Source: Treponemataceae bacterium (lineage in GTDB: Bacteria > Spirochaetota > Spirochaetia > Treponematales > Rectinemataceae). From it: a stretch of 64,000 nucleotides of DNA. The notes beneath the pieces are model-generated. The model was not told where the DNA came from. It worked only from the letters and a program-made list of their open reading frames with translations, and ran no database searches. Each line of letters opens with the position of its first letter. The first letter of the stretch is position 1. A program made the position numbers and the translations under genes. Positions 30,184-40,225 of the stretch are shown here, piece after piece. The stretch is taken from contig CAXXVZ010000004.1 of the NCBI GenBank assembly GCA_963678065.2, positions 576,001-640,000 on the forward strand, read 5' to 3'.

Positions 30184-31205
30184 GGTATCCTCCCGAGTGA
30201 TTCCCATATCGTCCGGTCGAGCGGAATGCCGGAAGCCCGGTATTCCGCCCTCGTTCTGAGACTCCTCGCGCCCGGATAGTCCACGGGCCGGGCCTTCTCC
30301 GTCGGTTCGAGACAGGCGAGCTCCCTTACGAGGGAAAGGACCTCTTCATGGAGCCTTTCCGCGTCCGGAAGTCCCGAAATGTCGAAGGCGATGAAAACTT
30401 GGGTGAGACCGAACTCTGAAGGGCGCCGGCCGACTCCGGAGACCCCGTCGCCGCCCGCGATGAGCATCCCCATGAGGTCGAGCATGAGGGAGAGCCCCGA
30501 ACCCTTCCAGTACCCCACGGCGACCGGCCGCCTCGCGTCGAGGATGGCTCCGGGATCGTCGGTGAGAGCGCCCGCGGCGTCGAAGCCACCCGCGACCGGG
30601 AGACGTCTGCCCTCTTTGCGGGCAGCTTCCATCTTCCCGTAGGAAAACTGGCTCATGGCCATGTCGAGCACGATGTGGGCCTCGCCTTCGCCCGGAATTC
30701 CGATGACGAGAGGATTGTTGCCCAGGAAGCACTCGCGGGCTCCCCAGGGCGGAAGGTTCGGCATCGTATTGGTCCAGCAGATTCCGATGAAGCCAGCCTC
30801 CGCGGCCTGCCATCCGAAGGCGCCGCCGCGCATCCAGTGGTTGGTATTCGCGAGCCCCACGCAGCCCACGCCCTGCGCCCGGGCGAGTTCCATGGCCCTG
30901 GACATCGAATCGCGGGCGTTCAGGTTGCCCGGTCCGAGGCGGCCGTCGTGCCGCTCCACGCAGCCAGACGCGTAGACAGGAATGGGCGAGGCCCCCGGCA
31001 CCACGTACCCCGCGTCGATGTACTCGAGGAAGCGGGGGAACCTGGCTATACCGTGGGAGTGGACCCCGTCGAGGTCGGTTTCGGCGAAGAGCCGCGCACA
31101 GTCCGATGCCCTGCCGGGGGAGAATCCGCGGGACTCGAGTATCCTGGCGAGCAGTCTCCACTCCTCTTCGTACGCGATCCGGATGCTGTCAGTCTTGGAA
31201 CCCAT
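30177..31205 (-). CDS. yiaK: 3-dehydro-L-gulonate 2-dehydrogenase (Ldh_2 family)
   Basis: DGVHSHG, NTNHWMRGG, GNNPLV, DMAMSQFSYG and GYWKGSGLS motifs. Confidence 0.85.
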   Translation of the reverse strand: MGSKTDSIRIAYEEEWRLLARILESRGFSPGRASDCARLFAETDLDGVHSHGIARFPRFLEYIDAGYVVPGASPIPVYASGCVERHDGRLGPGNLNARDSMSRAMELARAQGVGCVGLANTNHWMRGGAFGWQAAEAGFIGICWTNTMPNLPPWGARECFLGNNPLVIGIPGEGEAHIVLDMAMSQFSYGKMEAARKEGRRLPVAGGFDAAGALTDDPGAILDARRPVAVGYWKGSGLSLMLDLMGMLIAGGDGVSGVGRRPSEFGLTQVFIAFDISGLPDAERLHEEVLSLVRELACLEPTEKARPVDYPGARSLRTRAEYRASGIPLDRTIWESLGRIPC

Positions 31206-31330
31206 ATGAGGAAGATTACCGCGGAAAGTCTCCGGAAGCTACCTGAAGCGCGGGCTCGTTCGAGTCAAGGAGGGGGCAGACCTGCCGAATTCAGCGGGCC
31301 TCCGGCTCGCTCAGACCCGCTCCCCTACAC

Positions 31331-31804
31331 TCAGTGCCCTGCGCCCTGCGCCATCGCCCGGCCGTGTTCCAGAAGGGGGACGAGGAGGCGGGCGCAGAAG
31401 CGCGCCCCCCGCTCGCTTCCCGGCATCGTGACGATGTAACTCATGCCGCGCATTCCGGCGTAGCCGCGCGAGAAGACGGCGTTCGGCGTCTCCTTCAGGG
31501 ACTCGGCGCGCAGGTAGTCCGCGATGCCGGGCATCTCCCGATCGCAGAAAGCCCGCGCCGCCTCGGGCGTGAGATCGCGCGGCGCTGGCCCGGTGCCGCC
31601 TGTGGTCAGTATCCAGTCGGCCCCGTCGGTCACGGCGTACTCAAGGGCGGCGCGCACCGGCTCGATACCGTCGGGAACGACGGAGAGCGACAGCTCCGCC
31701 TCCGGAAAGGCCTCGCGGATGACTTCGACGACGGCGGGGCCCGACCTGTCGGCGTAGATTCCGCTCGAGGCCCGGTCAGATACAGTAATGACCGCGATCT
31801 TCAC
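31331..31804 (-). CDS. mog: Molybdopterin adenylyltransferase (MogA/MoaB family)
   Basis: ITVSDR, DRSGP, TTGGTGPAPRDLTPEA and MPGS motifs. Confidence 0.88.
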   Translation of the reverse strand: MKIAVITVSDRASSGIYADRSGPAVVEVIREAFPEAELSLSVVPDGIEPVRAALEYAVTDGADWILTTGGTGPAPRDLTPEAARAFCDREMPGIADYLRAESLKETPNAVFSRGYAGMRGMSYIVTMPGSERGARFCARLLVPLLEHGRAMAQGAGH

Positions 31805-32249
31805 GGCGAAGCTCCCCGCCTCTCAGCACCCGCGCGAAAATGCCGCGACGCGGCATGACGCAGTCGCCCACAAGAGCGCGTATCTCGCAGGCGGTGTGGC
31901 ACTCCTTGCCGATTTTCGAGACTTCGAGGAGAGTTTCCCCGAGCTCGAGCCTGGTTCCGACGGGCAGCTCGTGGAGTGCGAGTCCTCTCGTCGTGATGTT
32001 TTCCGCGAAGTCGCCCGGCTTCAGGGCGACTCCAGCCTCGGCCCTGGCGCACAGGAGGGCGGAGGCGCCCTCGATCTCCTCGACGGCGAGCATGGATACC
32101 TGGCGGTTCTCGATGATGCCCGCGTGGGCGTCGCCCTCGATGCCCAGCCCCACGGCGAGGCGGACACAGGCCACCGGCGTCTTCCGGGTGCCGGTGCGCT
32201 CGGAAACGTTGAGCGAGACGATGTCGAAATGGCCTTCAGAAGGAATCAC
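31776..32249 (-). CDS. MOSC-domain protein (sulfur carrier-like)
   Basis: GDAHAG, RQVSML, GDFAENITT, IGKECH and GDCVMPRRGIF motifs. Confidence 0.88.
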   Translation of the reverse strand: MIPSEGHFDIVSLNVSERTGTRKTPVACVRLAVGLGIEGDAHAGIIENRQVSMLAVEEIEGASALLCARAEAGVALKPGDFAENITTRGLALHELPVGTRLELGETLLEVSKIGKECHTACEIRALVGDCVMPRRGIFARVLRGGELRREDRGHYCI

Positions 32250-32707
32250 GAAAGAACCTCCTTAGTCTTCTCCTCGAGGAGGATCTCCCCGATCTTCATA
32301 GTCCTGTCGACTGCCTTGCACATGTCGTAGATGGTCAGGGCGGCCACCGAAACAGCTGTCAGGGCCTCCATCTCGATGCCCGTCTTGTCGGTGCAGGTCG
32401 CGCGGGCGCGGATGACGATGCCCGAGGCGTCGGGCTCGAGCCCGACCTCGACGTGCTCGATCTCGATGTTGTGGCAGAGGGGGATGATGTCGCTCGTGCG
32501 CTTGGCGGCCATGATGCCCGCTATGCGCGCCGTCGCGAGGACATCGCCCTTCGCGATGCCGTTTTGCCGTATCAGCTCGAGGGTCTCCGGCCCGAGGTCG
32601 ATGCGTCCGCGGGCGCGGGCCGTGCGCCTGACGCGGGCCTTTGCGGATACGTCGACCATGCGGGCCTTGCCCGACTCGTCGACGTGAGTGAGTGTGGTTC
32701 CTGTCAT
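32246..32707 (-). CDS. moaC: Cyclic pyranopterin monophosphate synthase
   Basis: LTHVDESGKARMVDVS, IPLCH, TGIEMEAL and YDMCKAVD motifs. Confidence 0.95.
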   Translation of the reverse strand: MTGTTLTHVDESGKARMVDVSAKARVRRTARARGRIDLGPETLELIRQNGIAKGDVLATARIAGIMAAKRTSDIIPLCHNIEIEHVEVGLEPDASGIVIRARATCTDKTGIEMEALTAVSVAALTIYDMCKAVDRTMKIGEILLEEKTKEVLS

Positions 32708-32709
32708 GA

Positions 32710-33519
32710 CTACCCCCCGATCTGGCCGACCTCGAGGTCGGCGCATGTCTGTCCGCGGGCTGGCTTCGCGCCGACCGCTCTTCTGATACTTCCTTCGATG
32801 TCGGCGAAATCGACGGAAAATTCCGCCTCGCCGTGGAGGCAGGGCCTGAGCATCCCGTTCGCGAGGAGCCGGAGTCTGTTGCAGTCGTCGCAGCGAGGCG
32901 GCCTGTCGTAGTCGCCGGAGTCGGTCTTCGTCTCGGTGAGGCGGTAGCGCGCGATGGTCTGCACGTTGGCGCCGACGCGGGAAGCGTACCCGCGCACCGC
33001 CTGCAGGTCGGCCTCCGAACGCGCCGCTGACTCGCCGTCCAGAACGACGACATTCAGCTTGACGGGAAAACCGAGTCCGCGGGCTGTCTCGATGCCGCGC
33101 CAGGCTTCGACGATGTCCCCGCCCCGGGTCAGCTCCCGGTAGCGCTCCGGATCCATGGTGTCGAGGGAGATGTTGACCGAATCGAGCCCCGCCGCCTTCA
33201 GCTCCGCGGCGAGCGGGGCGAGCATGGTCCCGTTCGTCGTCATGGCGAGGGTTCTGATGCCCGGTATGGCGCGCAGCATGGCGACGAAGGACACGATACC
33301 TTTCCGCGCGAGGGGTTCCCCTCCCGTGAGCCGGATCTTGTCGAAACCGAGTCCGGCGGCGGCTCGCGCGACCAGAGTCATCTTCTCGTAGGAGAGAATG
33401 CTCTCGTGGGGAAGAAGCCTGACCCCTTCCGCCGGCATGCAGTAGACGCAGCGGAGGTTGCAGCGATCGGTCACCGAGATGCGCAGGTAGCGGATGTCAC
33501 GGCCGCAGGAGTCGAACAT
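32710..33519 (-). CDS. moaA: GTP 3',8-cyclase (compact, 269 aa)
   Basis: CNLRCVYC radical SAM motif, LTGGEP, C-terminal CDDCNRLR...RPC and terminal QIGG. Confidence 0.9.
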   Translation of the reverse strand: MFDSCGRDIRYLRISVTDRCNLRCVYCMPAEGVRLLPHESILSYEKMTLVARAAAGLGFDKIRLTGGEPLARKGIVSFVAMLRAIPGIRTLAMTTNGTMLAPLAAELKAAGLDSVNISLDTMDPERYRELTRGGDIVEAWRGIETARGLGFPVKLNVVVLDGESAARSEADLQAVRGYASRVGANVQTIARYRLTETKTDSGDYDRPPRCDDCNRLRLLANGMLRPCLHGEAEFSVDFADIEGSIRRAVGAKPARGQTCADLEVGQIGG

Positions 33520-34813
33520 CGACGACCTCCCCCGCCTCGACCCTCTCGACCCCGATCTCCATGCGCAAAAGGCAATCCGCCTGCGCGAGCGCGGACAGCA
33601 TGGAAGAGCCGTGGTACGTCAACTTCGCGACCGACATGCCGCCCTCTCCCGGCCTCATTTCGAGACGGGCGGGCAGGAACTCGACCCTGTCGGAGCCGCG
33701 CCGCAGGAGGGGAGCGGAGAGTCTCGCCCGCAGCATGCGCGGCCCGAAGCCGAGGCCCATGCGCGCCATGAGGTGGGGCCGCACGAGGACTTCGAAGTTG
33801 ACGAAGGTCGAGACGGGATTCCCCGGCATGCCGAAAACGCTCTTGTCGCCCCGCCTTCCATAAAAAGTGGGTTTCCCCGGCCGCATGGCCAGACCATGAA
33901 ATATCTTTTCGACCCCGAGCTTCGCGAACGAAGCGGGAACGAAATCGAAATCCCCCATCGAGACGCCGCCCGACACGATGACGACATCGCATTCGGAGAG
34001 CGCGTGGCCGAGGGTTTCGAGGAGGCTCCCCTCGTCGTCCTTCACGATGCCGTAGGCGCGGACGAGGCAGCCCGCTGACAGGGACTGAGCGAGAAGCTGG
34101 GGTCCGTTGGAATCGTAGATTGCCCCTGAGGGCAAGGCCGCGCCCGGGGCGGCGATCTCGTCGCCCGTGGACAGGACAGCCACCACCGGGCGGCAGGCGG
34201 CGGGGACAGTCGCGTATCCGGAGGAGGCCAGGATACCTATGTCCTGGGGCGAGAGGACGCGGGGCGCGAGAAGAACCTCGCCTGATTTGAGGTTTTCGCC
34301 TCGCCTGATGATGTTGTCGGCGGTTTCCGGCCTGTCGAAGCGGACCCATTCGCCCGACAAGGCCTTGCCGGACGCGGCATAGGCCGATTCTGGCTTCGCA
34401 CCCGCCGGAGCGGACGCAAAGCTCGTCCACTCCACCCTCTGAACGGCGACGGCTCCGGAGGGAAGAGGCGCGCCCGTCATGATCCGGGCGCATTCGCCGG
34501 GCCTGAGGCTCCCGCCCTCCCCGCTTCCGGCCGCGAGCGTCCTTACGACGCGGTAAACGGTTTCCGAGTCGCGAAGGGATGGTCCCCCGGCGTCCCGCGC
34601 GGCCTCAGTACGGGGGCAATACGCGAATCCATCCATGCCCGACTTGTCGAAGGGCGGCTGATCCACCAGGTTCGGAATGGCTGAAGGCAGGGCCCGGCCG
34701 AGGCAGGAGGCCAGATCCACCATCTCGGTCCTCGCGGGGGGAATGGCGTCGAGGACGAGGGCAAGCGCCTCTTCGGGCAGAAGGGCCGTGCGGCCAGAAA
34801 CGGTAATACTCAT
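33497..34813 (-). CDS. moeA: Molybdopterin molybdo/tungsto-transferase
   Basis: PPFDKSGMDGFA, IMTGAPLP, STGDE, SGGVSMGDFD, MRPGKP and MPGNPVS motifs. Confidence 0.93.
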   Translation of the reverse strand: MSITVSGRTALLPEEALALVLDAIPPARTEMVDLASCLGRALPSAIPNLVDQPPFDKSGMDGFAYCPRTEAARDAGGPSLRDSETVYRVVRTLAAGSGEGGSLRPGECARIMTGAPLPSGAVAVQRVEWTSFASAPAGAKPESAYAASGKALSGEWVRFDRPETADNIIRRGENLKSGEVLLAPRVLSPQDIGILASSGYATVPAACRPVVAVLSTGDEIAAPGAALPSGAIYDSNGPQLLAQSLSAGCLVRAYGIVKDDEGSLLETLGHALSECDVVIVSGGVSMGDFDFVPASFAKLGVEKIFHGLAMRPGKPTFYGRRGDKSVFGMPGNPVSTFVNFEVLVRPHLMARMGLGFGPRMLRARLSAPLLRRGSDRVEFLPARLEMRPGEGGMSVAKLTYHGSSMLSALAQADCLLRMEIGVERVEAGEVVDVRLLRP

Positions 34814-35565
34814 TGGACCTCCGGCGTATTCCGCTGCCCGGCCGGAACTGGCGCACCGGACCGGGCCCCGGAAACCAGGACTGAATCGGATACCACGCTT
34901 CCGTGGCTGAATTCGAGATTCCGGTATCCACGAAGCGAAGAGAAATCGCGGATGAAGGCCGGATCGTGGGTCGACACGACAAGAGTTCTTCCCTCGCGGG
35001 CAAGGGCGAGGAGAGCATGGGCTATGAGCCGGGCCGACTCGGCGTCCGCACTCGCCGTAGGCTCGTCGAGAAGCAGAACCTTCGTCCCGGCGGCGATGAC
35101 TCGCGCGAGGGCGACTCGCTGGGCTTCGCCTCCGGAAAGCTGGCGGTGCCGGCGGGCAGAATACTCCGCGAGCCCCACAATATCCAGGGCCGCCTCGGCC
35201 CGCGCGACGACTTCCGCGTCAGGGAGCCCCGCCGCGCGGCAGGCGAATCCCGCGTTGTACCTGACCGTGCCCGAAAAAATGTAGGGGTGTTGGTGGAGGT
35301 ACACGGTCTCGCGCCGGAGCGCGTCGGGGCCTCGCCGGTAGCCGACACTCCCCGCGGCCGGATCGACGAGGGCGTTCAGGGCCTTCAGGAAGGTCGTCTT
35401 CCCCGAACCGTTCGGCCCTGTCAGGAAGACGGTCTCTCCCTCGCGGATGTCGAGAGAGGGGCAACAAAGATCGGGCTGCCCCGGCCTCTTCCGGTTGTAG
35501 CGGATTTCAAGGTCGCGGACCGAGTAGAGCAGGGCCGCACCATCGGAGGCGACCTCAGTTCTCAT
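34810..35565 (-). CDS. tupC: Tungstate ABC transporter ATP-binding protein
   Basis: GPNGSGKTT, LSGGEAQR and LLLDEPT motifs; operon context. Confidence 0.82.
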   Translation of the reverse strand: MRTEVASDGAALLYSVRDLEIRYNRKRPGQPDLCCPSLDIREGETVFLTGPNGSGKTTFLKALNALVDPAAGSVGYRRGPDALRRETVYLHQHPYIFSGTVRYNAGFACRAAGLPDAEVVARAEAALDIVGLAEYSARRHRQLSGGEAQRVALARVIAAGTKVLLLDEPTASADAESARLIAHALLALAREGRTLVVSTHDPAFIRDFSSLRGYRNLEFSHGSVVSDSVLVSGARSGAPVPAGQRNTPEVQ

Positions 35566-36226
35566 GGCGGCTCATTGCGTGGACGACAAGGTTCACCGCG
35601 AGGGCGATGACGAGGAGGACGAGGCCCAGGGAGAGGGCCCGCTCGAACTCACCCTTCGAGGCGTCCAGGGCGATGGCCGTCGTCATGGTCCTCGTGACAT
35701 GGCGGATGTTCCCGCCGAGCATCATCGAGACTCCTACCTCGCCGGTCACCCGGCCGAAGGCGGTGACGACCGCGGCTCCGAGGAGGGTCCGCGCCTCGCG
35801 CAGGGTGGCCCGCATCGAAAGCCAAGGGCCGGCCCCCAGGGTCCGCAGGGTTTCCCTGAATCTCGGATCGAGGCTCGAGAGTCCCGCACAGGTGAGGGAA
35901 GCCACGACGGGGAAGGCGAGGAAGGACTGCCCGAGTACGACCCCTGCGGGGGCGTACATGAAGCCGAGACTCCCGAGCGGGCCGGAACGTGAGATGAGCG
36001 AGTAGACGAGGAGTCCTATGACCACCGTCGGCAGGGCGGTCAGGGCGTTGAGTACGGCGATGACAGTCCTCCTACCCGCCCAGGATCCGGAGGAGAGGAG
36101 GACACCGAGCGGCAGGGCGGGGATGAGGGAAAAGGCCGTGGACAGGAACGCGAAGCGCAGGCTCGTCAGGACGACGCCCCATGTCTCCGCATCGCCAGAG
36201 TACAGCAGCATGAAAGCCTCACGCAC
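35555..36226 (-). CDS. tupB: Tungstate ABC transporter permease
   Basis: LPTVVIGL, SRSGPLG and EVGVSMMLGGNIRHVTRTMTTAIAL motifs. Confidence 0.88.
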   Translation of the reverse strand: MREAFMLLYSGDAETWGVVLTSLRFAFLSTAFSLIPALPLGVLLSSGSWAGRRTVIAVLNALTALPTVVIGLLVYSLISRSGPLGSLGFMYAPAGVVLGQSFLAFPVVASLTCAGLSSLDPRFRETLRTLGAGPWLSMRATLREARTLLGAAVVTAFGRVTGEVGVSMMLGGNIRHVTRTMTTAIALDASKGEFERALSLGLVLLVIALAVNLVVHAMSRHEN

Positions 36227-36265
36227 TCTCGGGGCCTCTCCCTCTCACCTTTTACCAGGCCGCCG

Positions 36266-37117
36266 TCAGTACAGGTAAAAACACTGTTCGCCGCCGATCT
36301 TGTAGGCGGCTATCAGCTTCTTTCCCGTCGTCCCGGTCATCCAGTCCATGAGGGCCTTGGCCCCGGCATAGTTGGTATCGGGCCATTTGGCGGGATTGAC
36401 GGTGATGATGCCGTAGGGGTTGAAGAGGTTTTTGTCGCCCTGGTGGAGGATGCGGAGCTTCGACTTGTCCTTCATGGCGAGCCAGGTCGCACGATCGGCG
36501 AGCGTGTAGCCTTCCATCCCGTCGGCCATGATTATCACCTGGCTCATGCCCTGCCCCGCCTCCCGGTACCAGGAATCGCCGCTTGCCGCGCTGGGCTTCA
36601 GTCCGGCGAGTTTCCAGATCTCCTTTTCCTTGACATCGGTGCCCGAATTGTCCCCGCGGGAGACGAAGGGCGTGCGGCTCTTCGCTATTGCACGGAAGAC
36701 TTCGACCGATGTGGCGAGTCCCGCGATGCCCGCGGGGTCGCTGGCCGGGCCGAGCACGATGAAATCGTTGTACATGACATCCTTGCGGTCCGCGCCGAAT
36801 TTCGCCGCCATGAAGGCGTCCTCGAGAGCGCGCGCGTGGACGAGAACGACATCGCAATCGCCTTTTTCGCCGATCTTGAGCGAGGCGCCCGTCCCGACGG
36901 CCACAACCTCAACCTTGTAGCCGGTTTCCTTTTCGAAAACGGGCAGGATGGCCGACAGCAGTCCGGATTGTTCGGTGCTCGTCGTGGTGGCGAGTCTGAG
37001 CCGTGCCCGGACGGGGGTCTGGGCGGTCTGGGCGGTCTGGGCGGTCTGGGCGAAGGCGGCGCTCGCCGCAACGAGGCATGCCAGTGCAACTCCGAGGAAT
37101 CGAGAGGATCGTTTCAT
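36266..37117 (-). CDS. tupA: Tungstate ABC transporter substrate-binding protein
   Basis: Signal peptide; LATTTSTEQSGLL (TTTS signature), VGTG, SRGDNSGT and NPYG motifs. Confidence 0.9.
   Translation of the reverse strand: MKRSSRFLGVALACLVAASAAFAQTAQTAQTAQTPVRARLRLATTTSTEQSGLLSAILPVFEKETGYKVEVVAVGTGASLKIGEKGDCDVVLVHARALEDAFMAAKFGADRKDVMYNDFIVLGPASDPAGIAGLATSVEVFRAIAKSRTPFVSRGDNSGTDVKEKEIWKLAGLKPSAASGDSWYREAGQGMSQVIIMADGMEGYTLADRATWLAMKDKSKLRILHQGDKNLFNPYGIITVNPAKWPDTNYAGAKALMDWMTGTTGKKLIAAYKIGGEQCFYLY
37016..37051. repeat. Perfect 9-bp tandem repeat x4 in tupA, encoding (AQT)4
   Basis: GGTCTGGGC x4 just after the signal peptide. Confidence 0.9.
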
Positions 37118-37190
37118 GGTCACTCCTTCAGGAACTGGACCGCGGAAGCGTTTCTGTCGCTTCATGCGTTCACGATTCGAAAACGAAAGC

Positions 37191-37219
37191 ATGATACACG
37201 AAGTATGTCGGGAAGGCAA
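37191..37219 (-). promoter_or_regulatory. Promoter of the tup-moe-moa operon
   Basis: TTGCCT-17 nt-TATCAT with an AT-rich upstream tract. Confidence 0.5.
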
Positions 37220-37321
37220 GTAAATGTATTTTTTTATCTATATACCAAAAAACGGACTATCGGAGACCTCACGACAACCATGCGGGCGCGCAAATCGGGC
37301 CAAAAGCCTCCACCTCCAGCC

Positions 37322-37705
37322 TCACTCGCGCCGGCTGCCGAGAATTCCGGCCACATAGGAAAGCCCGGTACGCTCGGTCAATCCCGGCCAGTCGGCCCGT
37401 ACCATCTCCTCAGTCAAGACCAGGTAGCCGGAAGGCGGCACGAGGGCGGGATTGATCTTCTTCCATGAATGAGTCAGGGGATTCTCGACGAAATCGACAT
37501 CCTCGAGCCGCTGCGATGTCGCTTCGCCCGGAGCGAGAACCCGGATGTAGCCTTTTTTCGCCCTCGAGTCCGCTATGATGCGCACGGGCAGAGAGGTCCT
37601 GTTCTCGATGCCGCCATTGAATGCGACCCAAAAGGGAGCCCGCGGGAGAATGCTGGAGCAGGCCGGAAACAGGAAAATCGGAATGCAGGCGACAAAACGG
37701 AGCAT
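37322..37705 (-). CDS. Hypothetical lipoprotein
   Basis: MLRFVACIPIFLFPAC lipobox-like N-terminus; fills the gap between tupA and hslO. Confidence 0.5.
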   Translation of the reverse strand: MLRFVACIPIFLFPACSSILPRAPFWVAFNGGIENRTSLPVRIIADSRAKKGYIRVLAPGEATSQRLEDVDFVENPLTHSWKKINPALVPPSGYLVLTEEMVRADWPGLTERTGLSYVAGILGSRRE

Positions 37706-37890
37706 ACGGACAGGAAAAGCTCCCGCAGAGCGCTCTTTCCTCTCCCGTTCACCTCTCTGTTCCGGCGCGATTCTCATGTCAACAGTATACAGAAAAAGAG
37801 AAATGCCGACGAGGCCCGTGTTGCCTCAACCAGAAAACAAACCGGAGGATGGCCTTGACCACGCGCCGGACTCCCCCTACCTTTAGCGGC

Positions 37891-38874
37891 ATGACATTGG
37901 CCCCCCTCACCGATACTGAACAGCTCTCCCATCTCGAAAGTATTCTTCCGGACGATATCAGGACTTTCAGCCTCGGCACGATTGACGGTCCCGCAGGAGG
38001 CGAACTCCGGGGCGCCATTGTCAATGGCACCCGCATGATCAGCCAGATGCGCGCCAACCACAGGCTCGGCATCCCGGAGACTCTCGTCCTCGGCCAGGCC
38101 TACCTCGGAGCGGCCCTCATAGCCTCCACTCTGAAAGGCGAGGACCGTATCGTCCTGTCGGTCCGATGCGAAGGCCCGGCCGAAGGTTTATCCGTCGAGG
38201 CGCGCGCCATTCCTTCGGCTTCGGGAAGCCGCGGGGGCGTAGGCGTCCGCGGTAGAATTTTCAACGACGCCATCGCTCTCGACAAGCCCCCTGAATCCTT
38301 CGACACGGCTCCTCTCGTCGGGTCGGGCTCGATCACGGTCGTCCGCCACACCGCCGGAACCGGACATCCCTTCACCGGCACCACAGCCCTGCACTCGGGT
38401 CGACTCTCCCAGGATCTCGCCGTCTACTACCTTGAGTCGGAACAGACCCACACGGCCTTCCGTTTCGGTATCCAGTTCGACCGCGCGGGCCGGGTCGCAG
38501 GCGCGGGCGGGATCTACCTGCAGGCAATGCCGAAGGCGCTCGCCGACACGCTCGACCGCGCTGAAGAGAGGCTGGCCGCCATGCCATCCCTCGGCGCCTG
38601 GCTCGCTCAGGGCGGAGATCCGGAGAACCTCATCGAGCACTATTTCAACCTTCTCGGTCCGACCATGCTCGGAAACATGACTGTCGCCTTCGACTGCTCC
38701 TGCTCCAAGGCAAAAATCGGCGCCTTCCTCGCGTCCGCCGATCGCAACTTCCTCGCGGAGATGGTCGAACACGGCCCCTGGCCAGTCGAGACTGTCTGCC
38801 ATAACTGCGGTTCGGTCTATGCTTTCGGGCGGGAAGAACTGGAGGACATGCTCGCGCGCGGATCTCCCGCCTGA
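37891..38874 (+). CDS. hslO: Hsp33 redox-regulated chaperone
   Basis: YYLESEQ, AGGIYLQAMP and CSC...CHNC zinc motif. Confidence 0.9.
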   Translation: MTLAPLTDTEQLSHLESILPDDIRTFSLGTIDGPAGGELRGAIVNGTRMISQMRANHRLGIPETLVLGQAYLGAALIASTLKGEDRIVLSVRCEGPAEGLSVEARAIPSASGSRGGVGVRGRIFNDAIALDKPPESFDTAPLVGSGSITVVRHTAGTGHPFTGTTALHSGRLSQDLAVYYLESEQTHTAFRFGIQFDRAGRVAGAGGIYLQAMPKALADTLDRAEERLAAMPSLGAWLAQGGDPENLIEHYFNLLGPTMLGNMTVAFDCSCSKAKIGAFLASADRNFLAEMVEHGPWPVETVCHNCGSVYAFGREELEDMLARGSPA

Positions 38875-38962
38875 GTTCCCATCCTAAAGCCTCCGCTTCG
38901 CCTTCGGGGACGAGCTCCAGATCTCCGGTCCGATTTCTCCTCATGGCCTCTGCGTCGATATA

Positions 38963-40168
38963 TTGAAACGAGTGAGTAAGTACGAGATCGCTTTCATTCC
39001 CCGGATTTCCGACATTCCGGAGAACGAGTGGGACGCCCTGTCATCCCGCTACGGCAACCCCCTTCTCAGCTGGGGCTACCTCGCGCTGCTCGAAGAATCG
39101 GGTTCAATCTGCCCGGAAACCGGATGGACTCCCGCCCACATCACGGTCAGACGCTCCGGCACCCTCGTCGCGGCCGCCCCGCTCTACATCCGAACCGATT
39201 CCTGGGGCGACTACGTATTCGATTTCGAATTCGCCGCCTACGCCGATAAAATAAAAGCGCCGTATTACCCCAGGCTCGTCGGCACCATCCCCGCGACCCC
39301 CGCTCCCGCGTGGCGTGTACTCTGCGCCGAAGGAGAATCGGGACTGGAAAAACTCTGTATCGGCGTCGCGCGCGAGGCGGCCCGCAATGCCGGACTCGCA
39401 GGCCTTCACTTCCTCTGGGTCGACCCCTTCTTCCTTCCCGCGCTGAAGGAGGTCGACGGAGGCTCCTCGGAGTGGCGGCACCAGTACTTCCTGTGGAAAA
39501 ACGAGGGCTACCGCGATCTTCCGGACTGCCTCGACTCGTGGTCCAAGAACATGCGGCGCAATGTCATGCGGGAACGAAGCTCGGTCCGAAAGGCAGGCAT
39601 TGAGACCTTTGTCATCTCGCCCCACGACTGCCCCCCGCGCTACCTCGAACTCATGGCGGATTACTACGAAGACACCAACGCGAAGTTCGGTCCCTACGCG
39701 GCCAAATTTCTGACACGGGATTTTTTTCTGCGCCTCCCCGACTTCATGCCCGCGGGATGGGCTCTTTCCGCGGCGTTTTCGGCATCGAGGGCCGAGCCGG
39801 TGGCCCTCGCTTTCCTGCTCGAGAGCGATAAGACCCTGTACGGCAGATTCTGGGGAAAGGCCGATGCCGAACTCTGGAACGGCGGCGCCCAGGTGTCCGG
39901 CCTCCATTTCGAAGTCTGCTTCTACACGCCCATGGAGTACAGCATGGCAAAGCGGCTTTCAGATTTCGATCCCGGCATGGGAAGCGAACACAAGGCGAGG
40001 CGAGGCTTTCGGGCCGAGCTCTGCTCCTCCCTCCACCTCCCCTTCGACGGGCGCCTGGCGAGGGTCTTCGAGGCTTCGATGCCGGGAATAAACGCGGCGG
40101 AAACCACAATGGTCGGAGAGCTGAACAGGGATCTGCCTTTCAGGGCAGGGAGCCCGAGCCTCCGATAG
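38963..40168 (+). CDS. FemAB-like GNAT protein (DUF482 type)
   Basis: GWTPAH, APLYIRTDSWGDYVFD, LYGRFWG, LHFEVCFY and EHKARRGF motifs. Confidence 0.85.
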   Translation: MKRVSKYEIAFIPRISDIPENEWDALSSRYGNPLLSWGYLALLEESGSICPETGWTPAHITVRRSGTLVAAAPLYIRTDSWGDYVFDFEFAAYADKIKAPYYPRLVGTIPATPAPAWRVLCAEGESGLEKLCIGVAREAARNAGLAGLHFLWVDPFFLPALKEVDGGSSEWRHQYFLWKNEGYRDLPDCLDSWSKNMRRNVMRERSSVRKAGIETFVISPHDCPPRYLELMADYYEDTNAKFGPYAAKFLTRDFFLRLPDFMPAGWALSAAFSASRAEPVALAFLLESDKTLYGRFWGKADAELWNGGAQVSGLHFEVCFYTPMEYSMAKRLSDFDPGMGSEHKARRGFRAELCSSLHLPFDGRLARVFEASMPGINAAETTMVGELNRDLPFRAGSPSLR

Positions 40169-40225
40169 CGATCATGGGTCTAGGCCGGCTCCTTCTGCAG
40201 GCGAAAGCGTACCAGCTACACCAAT

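Noticed and set aside
37118..37260. Moco/Tuco riboswitch or ModE box upstream of tupA
   Set aside because: The predicted leader is only about 70 nt, too short for the riboswitch, and the AT-rich upstream tract is not a convincing palindrome.
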